Shown here: positions 16,416-25,478 of the stretch, one piece after another | Position numbering within the stretch: position 1 is the first letter of the stretch | Layout of the letters: every line of letters starts with the position of its first letter | Assembly: GCA_947481115.1 (NCBI GenBank) | Contig: CANKEI010000002.1 | Span: 1 to 39,511 of the forward strand | Direction of reading: 5' to 3' | Origin: a bacterium | GTDB taxonomy: Bacteria > Babelota > Babeliae > Babelales > JABDEC01 | Length of the DNA: 39,511 nucleotides | Translations under genes and position numbers: made by a program | Notes under the pieces: generated by a model | What the model was told of the DNA's origin: nothing | Seen by the model: the letters and a program-made list of their open reading frames with translations, nothing else | Databases searched by the model: none

Positions 16416-17168
16416 TTAAAGCATAATTCTGAGTATTAAATCTTGCCAGTAAATATAAGTTATAGCGCCGAGGGCTAAGTAGGGGCCAAAAGGTATTTTA
16501 CCAGAAAATTGGTTATTGCCAGCGAGAATTTGCATGATACCTACTAAAGAACCTAAGAGCGAGCCTAGCAATAAACTTAACCAGCAGCCTATTGGGCCGG
16601 TAAATGAGCCGATAAATGCCAATAAAAATAGATCACCGGTGCCTAAGCCCTGTTTGTTAGTAAAGTAAGCAAACATAAAATTAGTCAGCCAAAGTAAACT
16701 ATAGCCTAAAATAGCGCCCAGGCCGCTATTAATAACTGTGACGGGTAGATAATTAAAATAACTAAAAATTAAACCCAGGGGGATTAAATAGATTGAGACT
16801 AAATTAGAAATTAAAAAAGTCTCAAGATCCGTACGAATCGTGATAATTAGTGCTGAGCAGAAAATAAAATAAGCTAGCCAATATGTGACTGAAAAGTAAT
16901 AAAAGATCGGCAAGATTGTAACTATTGTGAGTAGTTCGATAATGGGATATAAAATCGAGATTGAATGTTGGCATGAACGACAACGGCCCCAAAGTAAGCA
17001 CCAGGACAATACTGGAATTAAGTCACGAGCTTTAAGATTAGTTAGACAGTGGGGGCAAGTGGAGCGTGATTTACTTAATGTGATATTATCGTGCACTAAG
17101 CGATAAGCTAGTTGATTTAAAAAGGATCCCCAGCAGAGTAGCATTATGATTAAGACGATAAGTGTCAT
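16416..17168 (-). CDS. pilD: prepilin peptidase (A24 family, PilD/GspO-like)
   Basis: N-terminal CPHC..CRSC zinc-binding pairs, multiple TM segments, and a GLGTGDLFLLAFIG aspartyl-protease motif. Confidence 0.88.
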   Translation of the reverse strand: MTLIVLIIMLLCWGSFLNQLAYRLVHDNITLSKSRSTCPHCLTNLKARDLIPVLSWCLLWGRCRSCQHSISILYPIIELLTIVTILPIFYYFSVTYWLAYFIFCSALIITIRTDLETFLISNLVSIYLIPLGLIFSYFNYLPVTVINSGLGAILGYSLLWLTNFMFAYFTNKQGLGTGDLFLLAFIGSFTGPIGCWLSLLLGSLLGSLVGIMQILAGNNQFSGKIPFGPYLALGAITYIYWQDLILRIML

Positions 17169-17181
17169 GATAATCTCTTGT

Positions 17182-17216
17182 CCTCCACATCCCTCGACAA
17201 GCTTCGGGACGAGCGG
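17182..17216 (-). repeat. short variant of the GC-rich palindromic repeat family
   Basis: CCTCCACATCCCTCGACAAGCTTCGGGACGAGCGG. It pairs in inverted orientation with 17281-17329 across a 64-bp AT-rich spacer. Confidence 0.75.
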
Positions 17217-17280
17217 TAATTAGTTTGCTTTTTTATTATAATAAAAATGTTTTACTAAAGCAGAAACAGACAGGTCATCT

Positions 17281-17329
17281 GCCGCTCGTCCCGAGTGTAG
17301 CCTTATGGCGAAGTCGAGGGATGTGGCGG
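17281..17329 (+). repeat. variant copy of the GC-rich palindromic repeat family
   Basis: GCCGCTCGTCCCGAGTGTAGCCTTATGGCGAAGTCGAGGGATGTGGCGG. Both conserved termini are present. Confidence 0.75.
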
Positions 17330-17387
17330 ATATAAGTGTTTGTGCTAAAAGATATTACAAAATGTGTTATTGTTGAATTCGCGCTAA

Positions 17388-17795
17388 CTATTCATCAGAT
17401 TCGTCAAAGGCGGGCGCCTTAGGTGTATCTTCCTGCTTAACCTTTTCCAGCAACTCTTCAATGGCCTGCACTCTTTCAAATTTATCATCAAACTTGAACA
17501 TTAAATTAGGGGTATAGCGACCCTTAATCTTTTGCGAGAGCGCTTTGCGTAAAGAGGGCTTATAAGCTTTTAGTAAATCTAGTTGCTTAATATATGCAGC
17601 TTCGCCGCCAGCTGTATAAACATAAATCGTACAATGACCTTTGTCTGGTGATAGTTCAACGCGATTCACAAAGAAACCATTTAAAGCTTTATTTTCCCAG
17701 GTAGTAGCCTGAAAAAGCGTGGCAATTTCCCGAAACAGGAGTGCCTCTTTCTGGTTTTTTTTGATAATACTGACTGGTAACAGTCGGCGGGTCAT
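17388..17795 (-). CDS. rbfA: ribosome-binding factor A
   Basis: 135 aa with an RbfA-like layout (..REIATLFQ.., CTIYVY, RYTPNLMFKFDD) and an acidic tail. Adjacent to rpsU. Confidence 0.72.
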   Translation of the reverse strand: MTRRLLPVSIIKKNQKEALLFREIATLFQATTWENKALNGFFVNRVELSPDKGHCTIYVYTAGGEAAYIKQLDLLKAYKPSLRKALSQKIKGRYTPNLMFKFDDKFERVQAIEELLEKVKQEDTPKAPAFDESDE

Positions 17796-17808
17796 AGAGG
17801 CCTAGCGA

Positions 17809-18024
17809 TTAGCGTTTGCTGCTATTTTGTTCGATTTCTAAAAGATTTATTTTAATGGCACGCATAATACGTTTACGACGTTTTAAGCTGTTTGGCTCAA
17901 AGTAAACTTGGCGTTTCATATCACGTACGATGCCTTCGCGTTCACATTTTTTCTTTAGTTGACGTAAAGCTTTTTCTACGTGACTAGTAACTTGGACGGT
18001 AATATTAGATTTTTTCTTACTCAT
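17809..18024 (-). CDS. rpsU: 30S ribosomal protein S21
   Basis: 71-aa basic protein matching the S21 pattern (ALRQLKKKCEREGI..DMKRQVYFEPNSLKRRKR). Confidence 0.85.
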   Translation of the reverse strand: MSKKKSNITVQVTSHVEKALRQLKKKCEREGIVRDMKRQVYFEPNSLKRRKRIMRAIKINLLEIEQNSSKR

Positions 18025-18147
18025 TTAGAGTCGCATCGCTTTCGTATGATTTAAATAAGATTCAAAATTACTGGTGCTTGAGAAGTGTAGTTCACTTAAA
18101 CACGATAAAGCAAGTATAGCTGTCTAGTATATCTTGTAAAGTATGGG

Positions 18148-19962
18148 TTAATGCACAAATTCGAGTGAGAACGAGATTGTATTAGTCTTATAGACATTCG
18201 CACCACTAAATGGCATCTGACCTTTAACTGTAATCATGCAGCCTGGTGAGACATCGTAAGAGAGTGCGATATTACAGAGCTGAGTCTTCCAGGCACTATT
18301 ATCTTCTAAGCGATCGACATTAAAAGCATGAATGTCAGTTGGGCTATTGTTTTTATATAAGAGCGTATATTTATCTTCCATGTGATTAACATAGAGATAT
18401 TGGAAGTGCATCGAGAAGTGATTATCAAAGTGTCGGGAATTTAAATAAGCGCCGATATGCCAAGTTGTGCCTGGGGCCACGCAGACTGAAGTCTTATATG
18501 GGTAAATAATATTTTGGTAGATATTATTAGGTACGCGGAAACCGTCAAACTCTTTTTTCATAAAGAATGTGCCGCCACCTTCAAAACCGACTTCGCAACT
18601 TTCATAGAAAAATAAACTAATCCCAGTATTAAAATCACCGGCATTATGGCCATTATTACCGAAAGCCACGGATAATGGTTGATCTGGGTTGGTGCCTTTA
18701 GCTGCGCCAAGAGTATAACTTGTGGCAAAGAAGGGCATTAAGGCGCAATCTGGCCAAGCGCTGTCATTGTTTTTATTTAATTCAATCATATAGCGCCAAT
18801 AAAGTTCAGCACGAATATCATCGATCGAAGTAGCTTCGTAGTCGTCTAAATTAATTCCAATTGCTTGGGCCATAGTTGGATTAAATTGTTCCATGAGTTG
18901 CGTATGCAAACAGCTAACCACTTGTTTCCATTGCACGTGTGTTAAAGCATCGACGGTGTTGCTTGAGGCACTACTGCCAGAGCTAGTACCAGTGCTATTT
19001 GCAAAAGGATTTATGGCGCCGGCGACAGTATAGCTATAAAGACCGGTTGAGGCCGAAGCGCCATCATAAAGAGGCAAAGGGTCTGGTTTGGGCGCAGTTG
19101 GATCAATAAATTCGGCACAGTTAGTTAAATGTGAGATACCAGTGGTGACAGACAAGCCAAAACCTTTAGTGAGCATGCCAGCCGCTCTAAAGCGCGCCCC
19201 TCTTTTTTGAAATTTCGTTTTGACCGACAAGAAACCAAAAGTTTCACGCCCATCGCCTTGTAGTTCTAATAAACTTTGTACGGTGTTTAATACGGGGGGA
19301 GTTACAGTAGAGATGGCACCAGTGATCCCGCTAATGCAAGCGAGTGTGTCTTGCGCAATTTGGGCCAGAGTATTGGAAATAGCATAAGCACCAGATGGTA
19401 AATCAGTGCAAGTTTGGCAGTCGCCAAAGCAAGTTGTGCCAGCGCAGGTGCATGGTGCAGTAGGATTAGTAGTTGGGCCACAGTTATACACAGATGGGCA
19501 ATAAGTTATGAATGGTTGGTTAGGTGATGTACAATTTATTGCATCGTAAATACCATATGGCAAGAGTGCTAAGATATTCCAACGGCCAGCGATATCACCG
19601 AGATAAAAACGATCGATTACGGGTAATGTTGGAGTTGTGCCAGCTACTGGAGTTACACCAGTGGTATTAGTGTCGTTAACTGGATTTGGGCCAGGATATT
19701 TGGTGCCGCATTTATTCCAACCGCCATTCGCCTTGTCAAAATAAGGCGTAATCGAAAACTCAATCCCTTGTTCCCATAATGTACTTGAATCACGATTCAA
19801 GAAATCACGTGTGCCATCATATAGGTAGGCAAAAGGGAAATTGCTATCATAAATTGGCGCAGGATCGCTGTTATTCAGCGTAGTGATGACTGATGAATTA
19901 ACTAATGTTGCACCACTGAGTAAGCAGACCAGAAGCGCGAGTCTGCAAAATATCTTTTGCAT
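18148..19962 (-). CDS. large Cys-containing outer-membrane protein, paralogous family with 10757-12007
   Basis: Signal peptide MQKIFCRLALLVCLLSGATLVNS, a Cys cluster (CTCAGTTCFGDCQTCTD), a beta-strand-rich C-terminal half, and a shared SVAFGNNGH motif. Confidence 0.55.
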   Translation of the reverse strand: MQKIFCRLALLVCLLSGATLVNSSVITTLNNSDPAPIYDSNFPFAYLYDGTRDFLNRDSSTLWEQGIEFSITPYFDKANGGWNKCGTKYPGPNPVNDTNTTGVTPVAGTTPTLPVIDRFYLGDIAGRWNILALLPYGIYDAINCTSPNQPFITYCPSVYNCGPTTNPTAPCTCAGTTCFGDCQTCTDLPSGAYAISNTLAQIAQDTLACISGITGAISTVTPPVLNTVQSLLELQGDGRETFGFLSVKTKFQKRGARFRAAGMLTKGFGLSVTTGISHLTNCAEFIDPTAPKPDPLPLYDGASASTGLYSYTVAGAINPFANSTGTSSGSSASSNTVDALTHVQWKQVVSCLHTQLMEQFNPTMAQAIGINLDDYEATSIDDIRAELYWRYMIELNKNNDSAWPDCALMPFFATSYTLGAAKGTNPDQPLSVAFGNNGHNAGDFNTGISLFFYESCEVGFEGGGTFFMKKEFDGFRVPNNIYQNIIYPYKTSVCVAPGTTWHIGAYLNSRHFDNHFSMHFQYLYVNHMEDKYTLLYKNNSPTDIHAFNVDRLEDNSAWKTQLCNIALSYDVSPGCMITVKGQMPFSGANVYKTNTISFSLEFVH

Positions 19963-20037
19963 TACTAATTCCCTCTTTGTTTAGCACTGATTAAAACTAC
20001 TTATAGTACTGCTGTCTTAAAACGTCAATTAGGTAAT

Positions 20038-21234
20038 TTAAAAAAGTTTGGCAATTTCGGTAATTAAGCCAGCAGTGGCAAAAATTATGATCGCTAAAAC
20101 CGTACCTAGTCCTAAGTATGTTTTAATTAAACTGTTAAAATTACGTTCAGTTTTAATTTTCAATAACGCTACAATCGATAAACCATACGTTAAAACAATA
20201 AAAAGTGCAGTTAAATTAAAAAACATATTAATATTATTTAGCGTTAAAAAAGTGGTTAAGATTAAAAGCCCAATTAATAAAACAGCTGTTCGGTGATTAA
20301 ACCATTTATTTTTACACAACTGCTTAGCCCATGGACTGGCTAACTTATTAGTTAATGAGACTAATAAGTTGCTTGAACTCCAGATCATGGCGTGAATTGT
20401 GCCAATAATTGAAATAATAATCGATAGACTAATCATTTGAATTAACCACGTAGCTGTCGGGAAGATCTGTAATAAAATTGTAGCTAAGGGCACACTGGCG
20501 CTAGTAAACAGATTTAGTGGTACCGCTAAAATAATTGAGCCGATAAATAATAAATAGATTAATGCTACTAGCATAACTGAATAAGCGGTAGCTTTCGGCA
20601 CATTTTGTTCGGGATTTTCGACTATTCCAAACAGTGAAGTGATCGATTCAAAGCCGAAAAAAGAGAAAATTACAATTTGGCTAGCAGTTAAAATATTTAA
20701 CCAGCCAAAAGGCGCGAACGGCGTTAGATAATTTAAATTAAGTTTAGCTAAACACAAAAATATGGTCGCTAATAGCGGGAAGACAGTTAAGACAATTAAG
20801 ACATATTGTCCGAGTGCAGAAACTTTTATGCCACAAGAATTTAAAAATAGCACTACTGCTAAAATTACTAAGCCTAAAGTTAGCACTGAGTAATCTGGAT
20901 AGTAATATTGCAGCGCATAACTAGCTAATCTAATTAGTAGACCTAAGGCGATCATCAGGCCGGTTAAATAAGCATAACTAGCAATTACGCCAGCAGTATG
21001 GCCGCCCCACGATTTAGCATAAGTATAAAAAGAGCCGTCTTTAGGAAAAACTTTCGCTAAACGTGCGAAAGCACCGGCCATAAACCAAACTCCCAGCGCC
21101 ACTAGCAATACTGTAATTATGCCAGCAGGGCCAGTTTTAATGGCTAGTGCAACCGGGATAGTAAAGATACTAGCGCCGATCATAGCGTTCATGCTAACAA
21201 TTGTGGCGGTTGATAAACTAATTTTTTGAGACAT
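20038..21234 (-). CDS. APC-superfamily amino acid/polyamine permease
   Basis: 398 aa, about 11-12 TM segments, N-terminal ..ATIVSMNAMIGASIFTIP.. typical of amino-acid permeases. Confidence 0.7.
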   Translation of the reverse strand: MSQKISLSTATIVSMNAMIGASIFTIPVALAIKTGPAGIITVLLVALGVWFMAGAFARLAKVFPKDGSFYTYAKSWGGHTAGVIASYAYLTGLMIALGLLIRLASYALQYYYPDYSVLTLGLVILAVVLFLNSCGIKVSALGQYVLIVLTVFPLLATIFLCLAKLNLNYLTPFAPFGWLNILTASQIVIFSFFGFESITSLFGIVENPEQNVPKATAYSVMLVALIYLLFIGSIILAVPLNLFTSASVPLATILLQIFPTATWLIQMISLSIIISIIGTIHAMIWSSSNLLVSLTNKLASPWAKQLCKNKWFNHRTAVLLIGLLILTTFLTLNNINMFFNLTALFIVLTYGLSIVALLKIKTERNFNSLIKTYLGLGTVLAIIIFATAGLITEIAKLF

Positions 21235-21351
21235 ACTTAACTCTAATCTTAACTCTAATTTAGTTCTAAAATTGTAAATAAAAATTTTAATATCATAAGA
21301 ACTATATTAAAATTAAAAAAAATTAAAATTAAAATAATTCACGAGGGGTCT

Positions 21352-21603
21352 GTGAGCTACTGTATTTATTATCAAGCGCAGGTCAAACAGGCTTGGTTAT
21401 TAGCTGCTTTGTTAAAAAGTTATGAGCATGTCGCTTTTGATCGCACATTAAATGTTGAACGACAAATTTTTGAATTTTTTGTACCAGTCGGCTGTCAGGC
21501 CCAGTTTTTAGAATTTATGCACGTGATGGTCGCTGATGATGTAATCTGTGACTTGGTAGAGTTGCCGAATCGGTTAATCACAGCAGAGAACATTTGGGTG
21601 TAA
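21352..21603 (+). CDS. small hypothetical protein (DUF4911-like pattern)
   Basis: 83 aa with a GTG start. The YYQAQVKQAWLLAALLKSYEHVAF..F.VPVGC pattern resembles that family. Weak call. Confidence 0.35.
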   Translation: MSYCIYYQAQVKQAWLLAALLKSYEHVAFDRTLNVERQIFEFFVPVGCQAQFLEFMHVMVADDVICDLVELPNRLITAENIWV

Positions 21604-21605
21604 AT

Positions 21606-22709
21606 TTACTTAGCTTTTAATTTCTTTAAATAACTTTCAGCATTCAAGCCAGCTTTATAGCCTTCACCAACGGCTGTCGGAATCTGGTGCATCGACTTAT
21701 CAGTCACATCGCCAACCGCCCAAACCCCAGGCACTGAAGTCTGGAGGGTTTGGCAATCAACTACGATTTCGTTTTTATCGTTGAACGTAACTTGATCTTT
21801 AAAAATATAACTATTTGGGATCTGGCCGAGTGCTACAAAGACCCCCTCAACATTCAGTGTTTTAATTTCTTTAGTTTTTAAATTAGTATATTTTATCGCA
21901 CAAACCTTAGTTCCATTTCCCACTATCTCGTTTAAATCACAGTTATTTAAAACCGTAACTTTTGGATCATTGGCATGATTCAATAACATATCCGGCCCCT
22001 TTAGTTGGTCGTTTTTGTTAATTATAAAAATTTGGCTGGCAAACTGCTTAAGTTGCCCAGTTTCACGTAAAGCTCCGTATCCTCCCCCGATCACCGCAAT
22101 CACTTTATTTTTAAAAAATGGTCCATCGCAATTAGCACAAAAAGCTACACCTTTACCAATATGTTCTTTTTCGCCAGGGACATTAGTGGAGATTGGCTTG
22201 TTGCCAGTGGCGATAATCACAGCTGGTGATTTAATCGTTTGGCCACCACTTAGTTCTAACTTAAATGGCGAGCTAGAAAAATCGACTTTGGTAACTTTCT
22301 GGGGCACAAACTGAACATTGTTTTGCAGGGCATGTTCACGCATGCTGGTCATTAAATCCGGACCTTCGATATCTGGGATGCCGGGATAATTTTGAATGGT
22401 GCCAGCCTTCATGGGCGTACCTCCAGCTAATTCGCCTTCGATCACCATAATATTACGTTTAGGACTATCGCCATTAGCACGGCCTAGATAAATCGCGGAA
22501 CCCATGCCACTGGGGCCAGAGCCGATGATCGCGACTTGTGGATCAGAAATTAATTCAGCTTCAGGTAGGTTAATTTGTTTAGCGGGGCAGTGCGATATGG
22601 TACTAGGGGTTAGGCTCGTATGGTGTCCGGATTTACTAAAAAGTTTAGTGTAACCAGTTAAGCTTAGGGCTAAATTTAAAATTAAGATTAAATTATTTAC
22701 TAGCTTCAT
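21606..22709 (-). CDS. trxB: thioredoxin-reductase-like FAD-dependent disulfide oxidoreductase with an N-terminal hydrophobic leader
   Basis: VAIIGSGPSGMGSA (FAD), redox-active CANCDG, VIGGGYGA, GVWAVGDV. An extra segment of about 55 aa starts MKLVNNLILILNLALSLTG. Confidence 0.75.
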   Translation of the reverse strand: MKLVNNLILILNLALSLTGYTKLFSKSGHHTSLTPSTISHCPAKQINLPEAELISDPQVAIIGSGPSGMGSAIYLGRANGDSPKRNIMVIEGELAGGTPMKAGTIQNYPGIPDIEGPDLMTSMREHALQNNVQFVPQKVTKVDFSSSPFKLELSGGQTIKSPAVIIATGNKPISTNVPGEKEHIGKGVAFCANCDGPFFKNKVIAVIGGGYGALRETGQLKQFASQIFIINKNDQLKGPDMLLNHANDPKVTVLNNCDLNEIVGNGTKVCAIKYTNLKTKEIKTLNVEGVFVALGQIPNSYIFKDQVTFNDKNEIVVDCQTLQTSVPGVWAVGDVTDKSMHQIPTAVGEGYKAGLNAESYLKKLKAK

Positions 22710-22804
22710 TAAGACCCTCGTTAAAGATGGCTTTGTTTGATAAGGGTTAACGTTAATATACTACAATTAGAAATTTATTTTTCTCAAGAGTTTAAAATTT
22801 AAAT

Positions 22805-24307
22805 TTAACTAATTACTTGCTGCAAGCGTTTTTGAGTTTCAGCTAGACCTAGAGTATCGATTAGATCAACAATGTGCAGGCCTGCAGGTTGGCCAGTTAA
22901 AATTAATCTTAGGCTGGGGAAGAAAATTTTAGCAGGAATTTTAGCCTGATTAGCTTGTTCTTTTAAACAATTTAATAATTGTTCAGGGGTATAATTATTT
23001 AAATTATTATTATTTATAGTATTAGCTATAGTTGTGTGATTTAAATTTTGGGCTAATAAAAACTCTTGAATTAGCTGCTTTACTTCTGGGGCTAAATTTT
23101 GGCGAATAAAATTATAGTCCGGTTCACAGAAATAAAATTTAGTTTGGAGCACGATCTCAGCTAGCGTAACTAAATCTGTATGCACTAACTTAATCAGTTT
23201 TAATAGCTGGGTATTATTATTTGGGCTTAGCTGGTCTGGGTAAGCTGCCGCTAAGAACGGGCGACAAAGTGGCACTAGCTCTTCCGGGGTAAGTTTATTA
23301 ATCCATTTGTGGTTAACCCACTCTAGTTTTTTCACGTCATATTTAATTTGGCCAGCACTATGAATATGTTCAAAGTCTAGCGCTTGACTTAGGTCACTAA
23401 GTGACAAAATCTCTTCGGTAAAAGTAGCCCCAATAATGCCCAAATAATTATTAATGGCCTCTGGTAAGAAGCCAGCTTTTTGCAGATCACCTAGCGAAAA
23501 ACCAAAATCGCGTTTAGACAATTTTTTGCCATCCAGATTGCAAATTAATGGTAAATGCCAAAAAAAAGGCACCGGTTTTTCAAAAGCCTGATATAACAAA
23601 ATTTGGCTAACGGTATTAGTCAAATGATCGTCGCCGCGCAAAACATGCGAGATGCGCATCAGAATATCGTCTACTAAATTAGCAAATATAAAAGTAAAAC
23701 TTTGGTCTTGGCGCGTCAGTGGAAAGTCGGAAAAATGTTTAAGCTCGAACTCTAATTCACCTTTGGCTAAATCATAAAATTTAGCTTGAGCTGCTTGGTC
23801 TACCGCAAAACGCCAGATAAATTTTTCAGCTTGATCTAATTTTGCTTGAATTTGTGGCGCCGTTAGTAGTGCACAAGTGCGATCATAGCGGGGCGCTAAA
23901 TGCATCGCGATCTGTAATTCACGTTTACGTTCTAACTCTAAATTAGAGCAAAAACAGCGGTAAACTAATTTTTTTTGAATTAGCTGCTCTAGAGCTGTTT
24001 GGTAGTAATTAGCTCTTTGAGATTGAAAATATGGTCCTTCTTGAAACTTTAAATTTAACCACTCTAAATCTGCCAAAATCTGTTTAGCGCCAACATCAAA
24101 GTTACGTTCGGCATCGGTATCTTCGATGCGCAGCACAAAAGTCCCCTGATATTTTAGTGCAAACAGATAGTTCAAAACGGCAGTTCGGACATTTCCGAGG
24201 TGCATCAGGCCGGTCGGTGATGGAGCAAAGCGGACTCGAACTTCATTAAAATTTGCATTTACGCTAGGTTGACTTAAATTATGGTGATTTAATTTTTTTG
24301 TGGACAC
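22805..24307 (-). CDS. gltX: glutamate--tRNA ligase
   Basis: RVRFAPSPTGLMHLGNVRTA (HIGH region), KLSKRD (KMSKS region), 500 aa, GTG start. Confidence 0.92.
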   Translation of the reverse strand: MSTKKLNHHNLSQPSVNANFNEVRVRFAPSPTGLMHLGNVRTAVLNYLFALKYQGTFVLRIEDTDAERNFDVGAKQILADLEWLNLKFQEGPYFQSQRANYYQTALEQLIQKKLVYRCFCSNLELERKRELQIAMHLAPRYDRTCALLTAPQIQAKLDQAEKFIWRFAVDQAAQAKFYDLAKGELEFELKHFSDFPLTRQDQSFTFIFANLVDDILMRISHVLRGDDHLTNTVSQILLYQAFEKPVPFFWHLPLICNLDGKKLSKRDFGFSLGDLQKAGFLPEAINNYLGIIGATFTEEILSLSDLSQALDFEHIHSAGQIKYDVKKLEWVNHKWINKLTPEELVPLCRPFLAAAYPDQLSPNNNTQLLKLIKLVHTDLVTLAEIVLQTKFYFCEPDYNFIRQNLAPEVKQLIQEFLLAQNLNHTTIANTINNNNLNNYTPEQLLNCLKEQANQAKIPAKIFFPSLRLILTGQPAGLHIVDLIDTLGLAETQKRLQQVIS

Positions 24308-24431
24308 AGGATTTTTCGAATAATTTTAGAATAATTATTAAAGTTTAAATTATATTTGATTTTAATCTTGATTTCGATTAAGTCTAGAGTCCCAAAAGCT
24401 AATTTCAAATAAAAGAGGAGTGTTTTTAGCA

Positions 24432-24710
24432 ATGAAGCGGTGTGTAAAGATAGTAATGAACTTTGATGCCAGCAATGATATTTTACGTAATTTTATTCAA
24501 AAAAAAGCGGCCGGATCGCAAATTGAAGGCTCGGTTCAAGCATTAGAAAATAATAAAATTCGGATTATTGCTTGTGGTGACAGTGCCACTTTAGACAGTT
24601 TTATCGATGAATTATATCGGGGTTATAAGAAAGCTTATCCACAAGGTGTGACTGTCGAACCATTTTTGACGACAGCAGATTATCGGGGGGTTTTTCGAAT
24701 TATTGAATGA
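24432..24710 (+). CDS. small acylphosphatase-fold-like protein (catalytic motif not evident)
   Basis: About 92 aa. Spacing is like acylphosphatase (..IEGSVQALENNKIRIIACGD..LDSFIDEL..) but it lacks VxGxVQGVxFR. AGGAG SD upstream of ATG 24432. Confidence 0.3.
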   Translation: MKRCVKIVMNFDASNDILRNFIQKKAAGSQIEGSVQALENNKIRIIACGDSATLDSFIDELYRGYKKAYPQGVTVEPFLTTADYRGVFRIIE

Positions 24711-24771
24711 CCCTAGTTTTTACTTTTAGCCGAGAAAGTATTATAGTAGTTTTTATTATAAAAATATTAAT

Positions 24772-25476
24772 ATGATTACTATAAATGGGGATCTCCAAAT
24801 GTCAGATCATGCAAAATGTGCTGGACAAGAGAATAAAGCTTGTCGGCCTACAATTTATGATGAATTAGTTTGCCATTTTCCATATGCCGTATTTTCGGTG
24901 GCACTAAGTTTAATTATTTTAAGTTTCGTAACTTTTTTTGGCATTGATAAGCAGCCAGATTTAGTACACGGCTTATGGTTACAGTTATTTCATAATTTCC
25001 ACTTTATACATATTATTTTTGCTACGGTGGGCTGTTTATTAACTTACATGCGTTTTTCGACCAATATTTTCAAGGGAATTATAGTTTCGATTTTCTCCGC
25101 AACAGTCTTTTGTATACTCTCAGATATTGCGATGCCCTATGTTGGCGCTAGATTATTGGGCGTGAATATGCATCTGCATATTTGTTTTATCTCAGAATTG
25201 CATAATATTTTACCATTTTTATTTGTGGGTATTTTAACTGGTTTAGCCATGATGCGACACCATAGTGAAGCTGGCAAAGAGATGGGCCTGTGGTCACATT
25301 TTGCCCATATTTTAGTGAGCTCGCTAGCCGCAAGTTTTTATTTGGTATCGCACGGATTTACTAATTGGGCGCCTTCCATTGGCATGGTCTTCATGGTCTT
25401 AGTTGGTGCAATTGTAATTCCATGTACGCTTTCAGATGTGGTAGTGCCCATGTTCTTTGCTGAAAAGAAAAAATAA
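24772..25476 (+). CDS. His-rich polytopic membrane protein of unknown function
   Basis: About 6 TM segments with His clusters (HNFHFIHIIF, HLHICF, MRHHSE, WSHFAHIL). The stop lies 2 nt before the potA start. Confidence 0.5.
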   Translation: MITINGDLQMSDHAKCAGQENKACRPTIYDELVCHFPYAVFSVALSLIILSFVTFFGIDKQPDLVHGLWLQLFHNFHFIHIIFATVGCLLTYMRFSTNIFKGIIVSIFSATVFCILSDIAMPYVGARLLGVNMHLHICFISELHNILPFLFVGILTGLAMMRHHSEAGKEMGLWSHFAHILVSSLAASFYLVSHGFTNWAPSIGMVFMVLVGAIVIPCTLSDVVVPMFFAEKKK

Positions 25477-25478
25477 TA

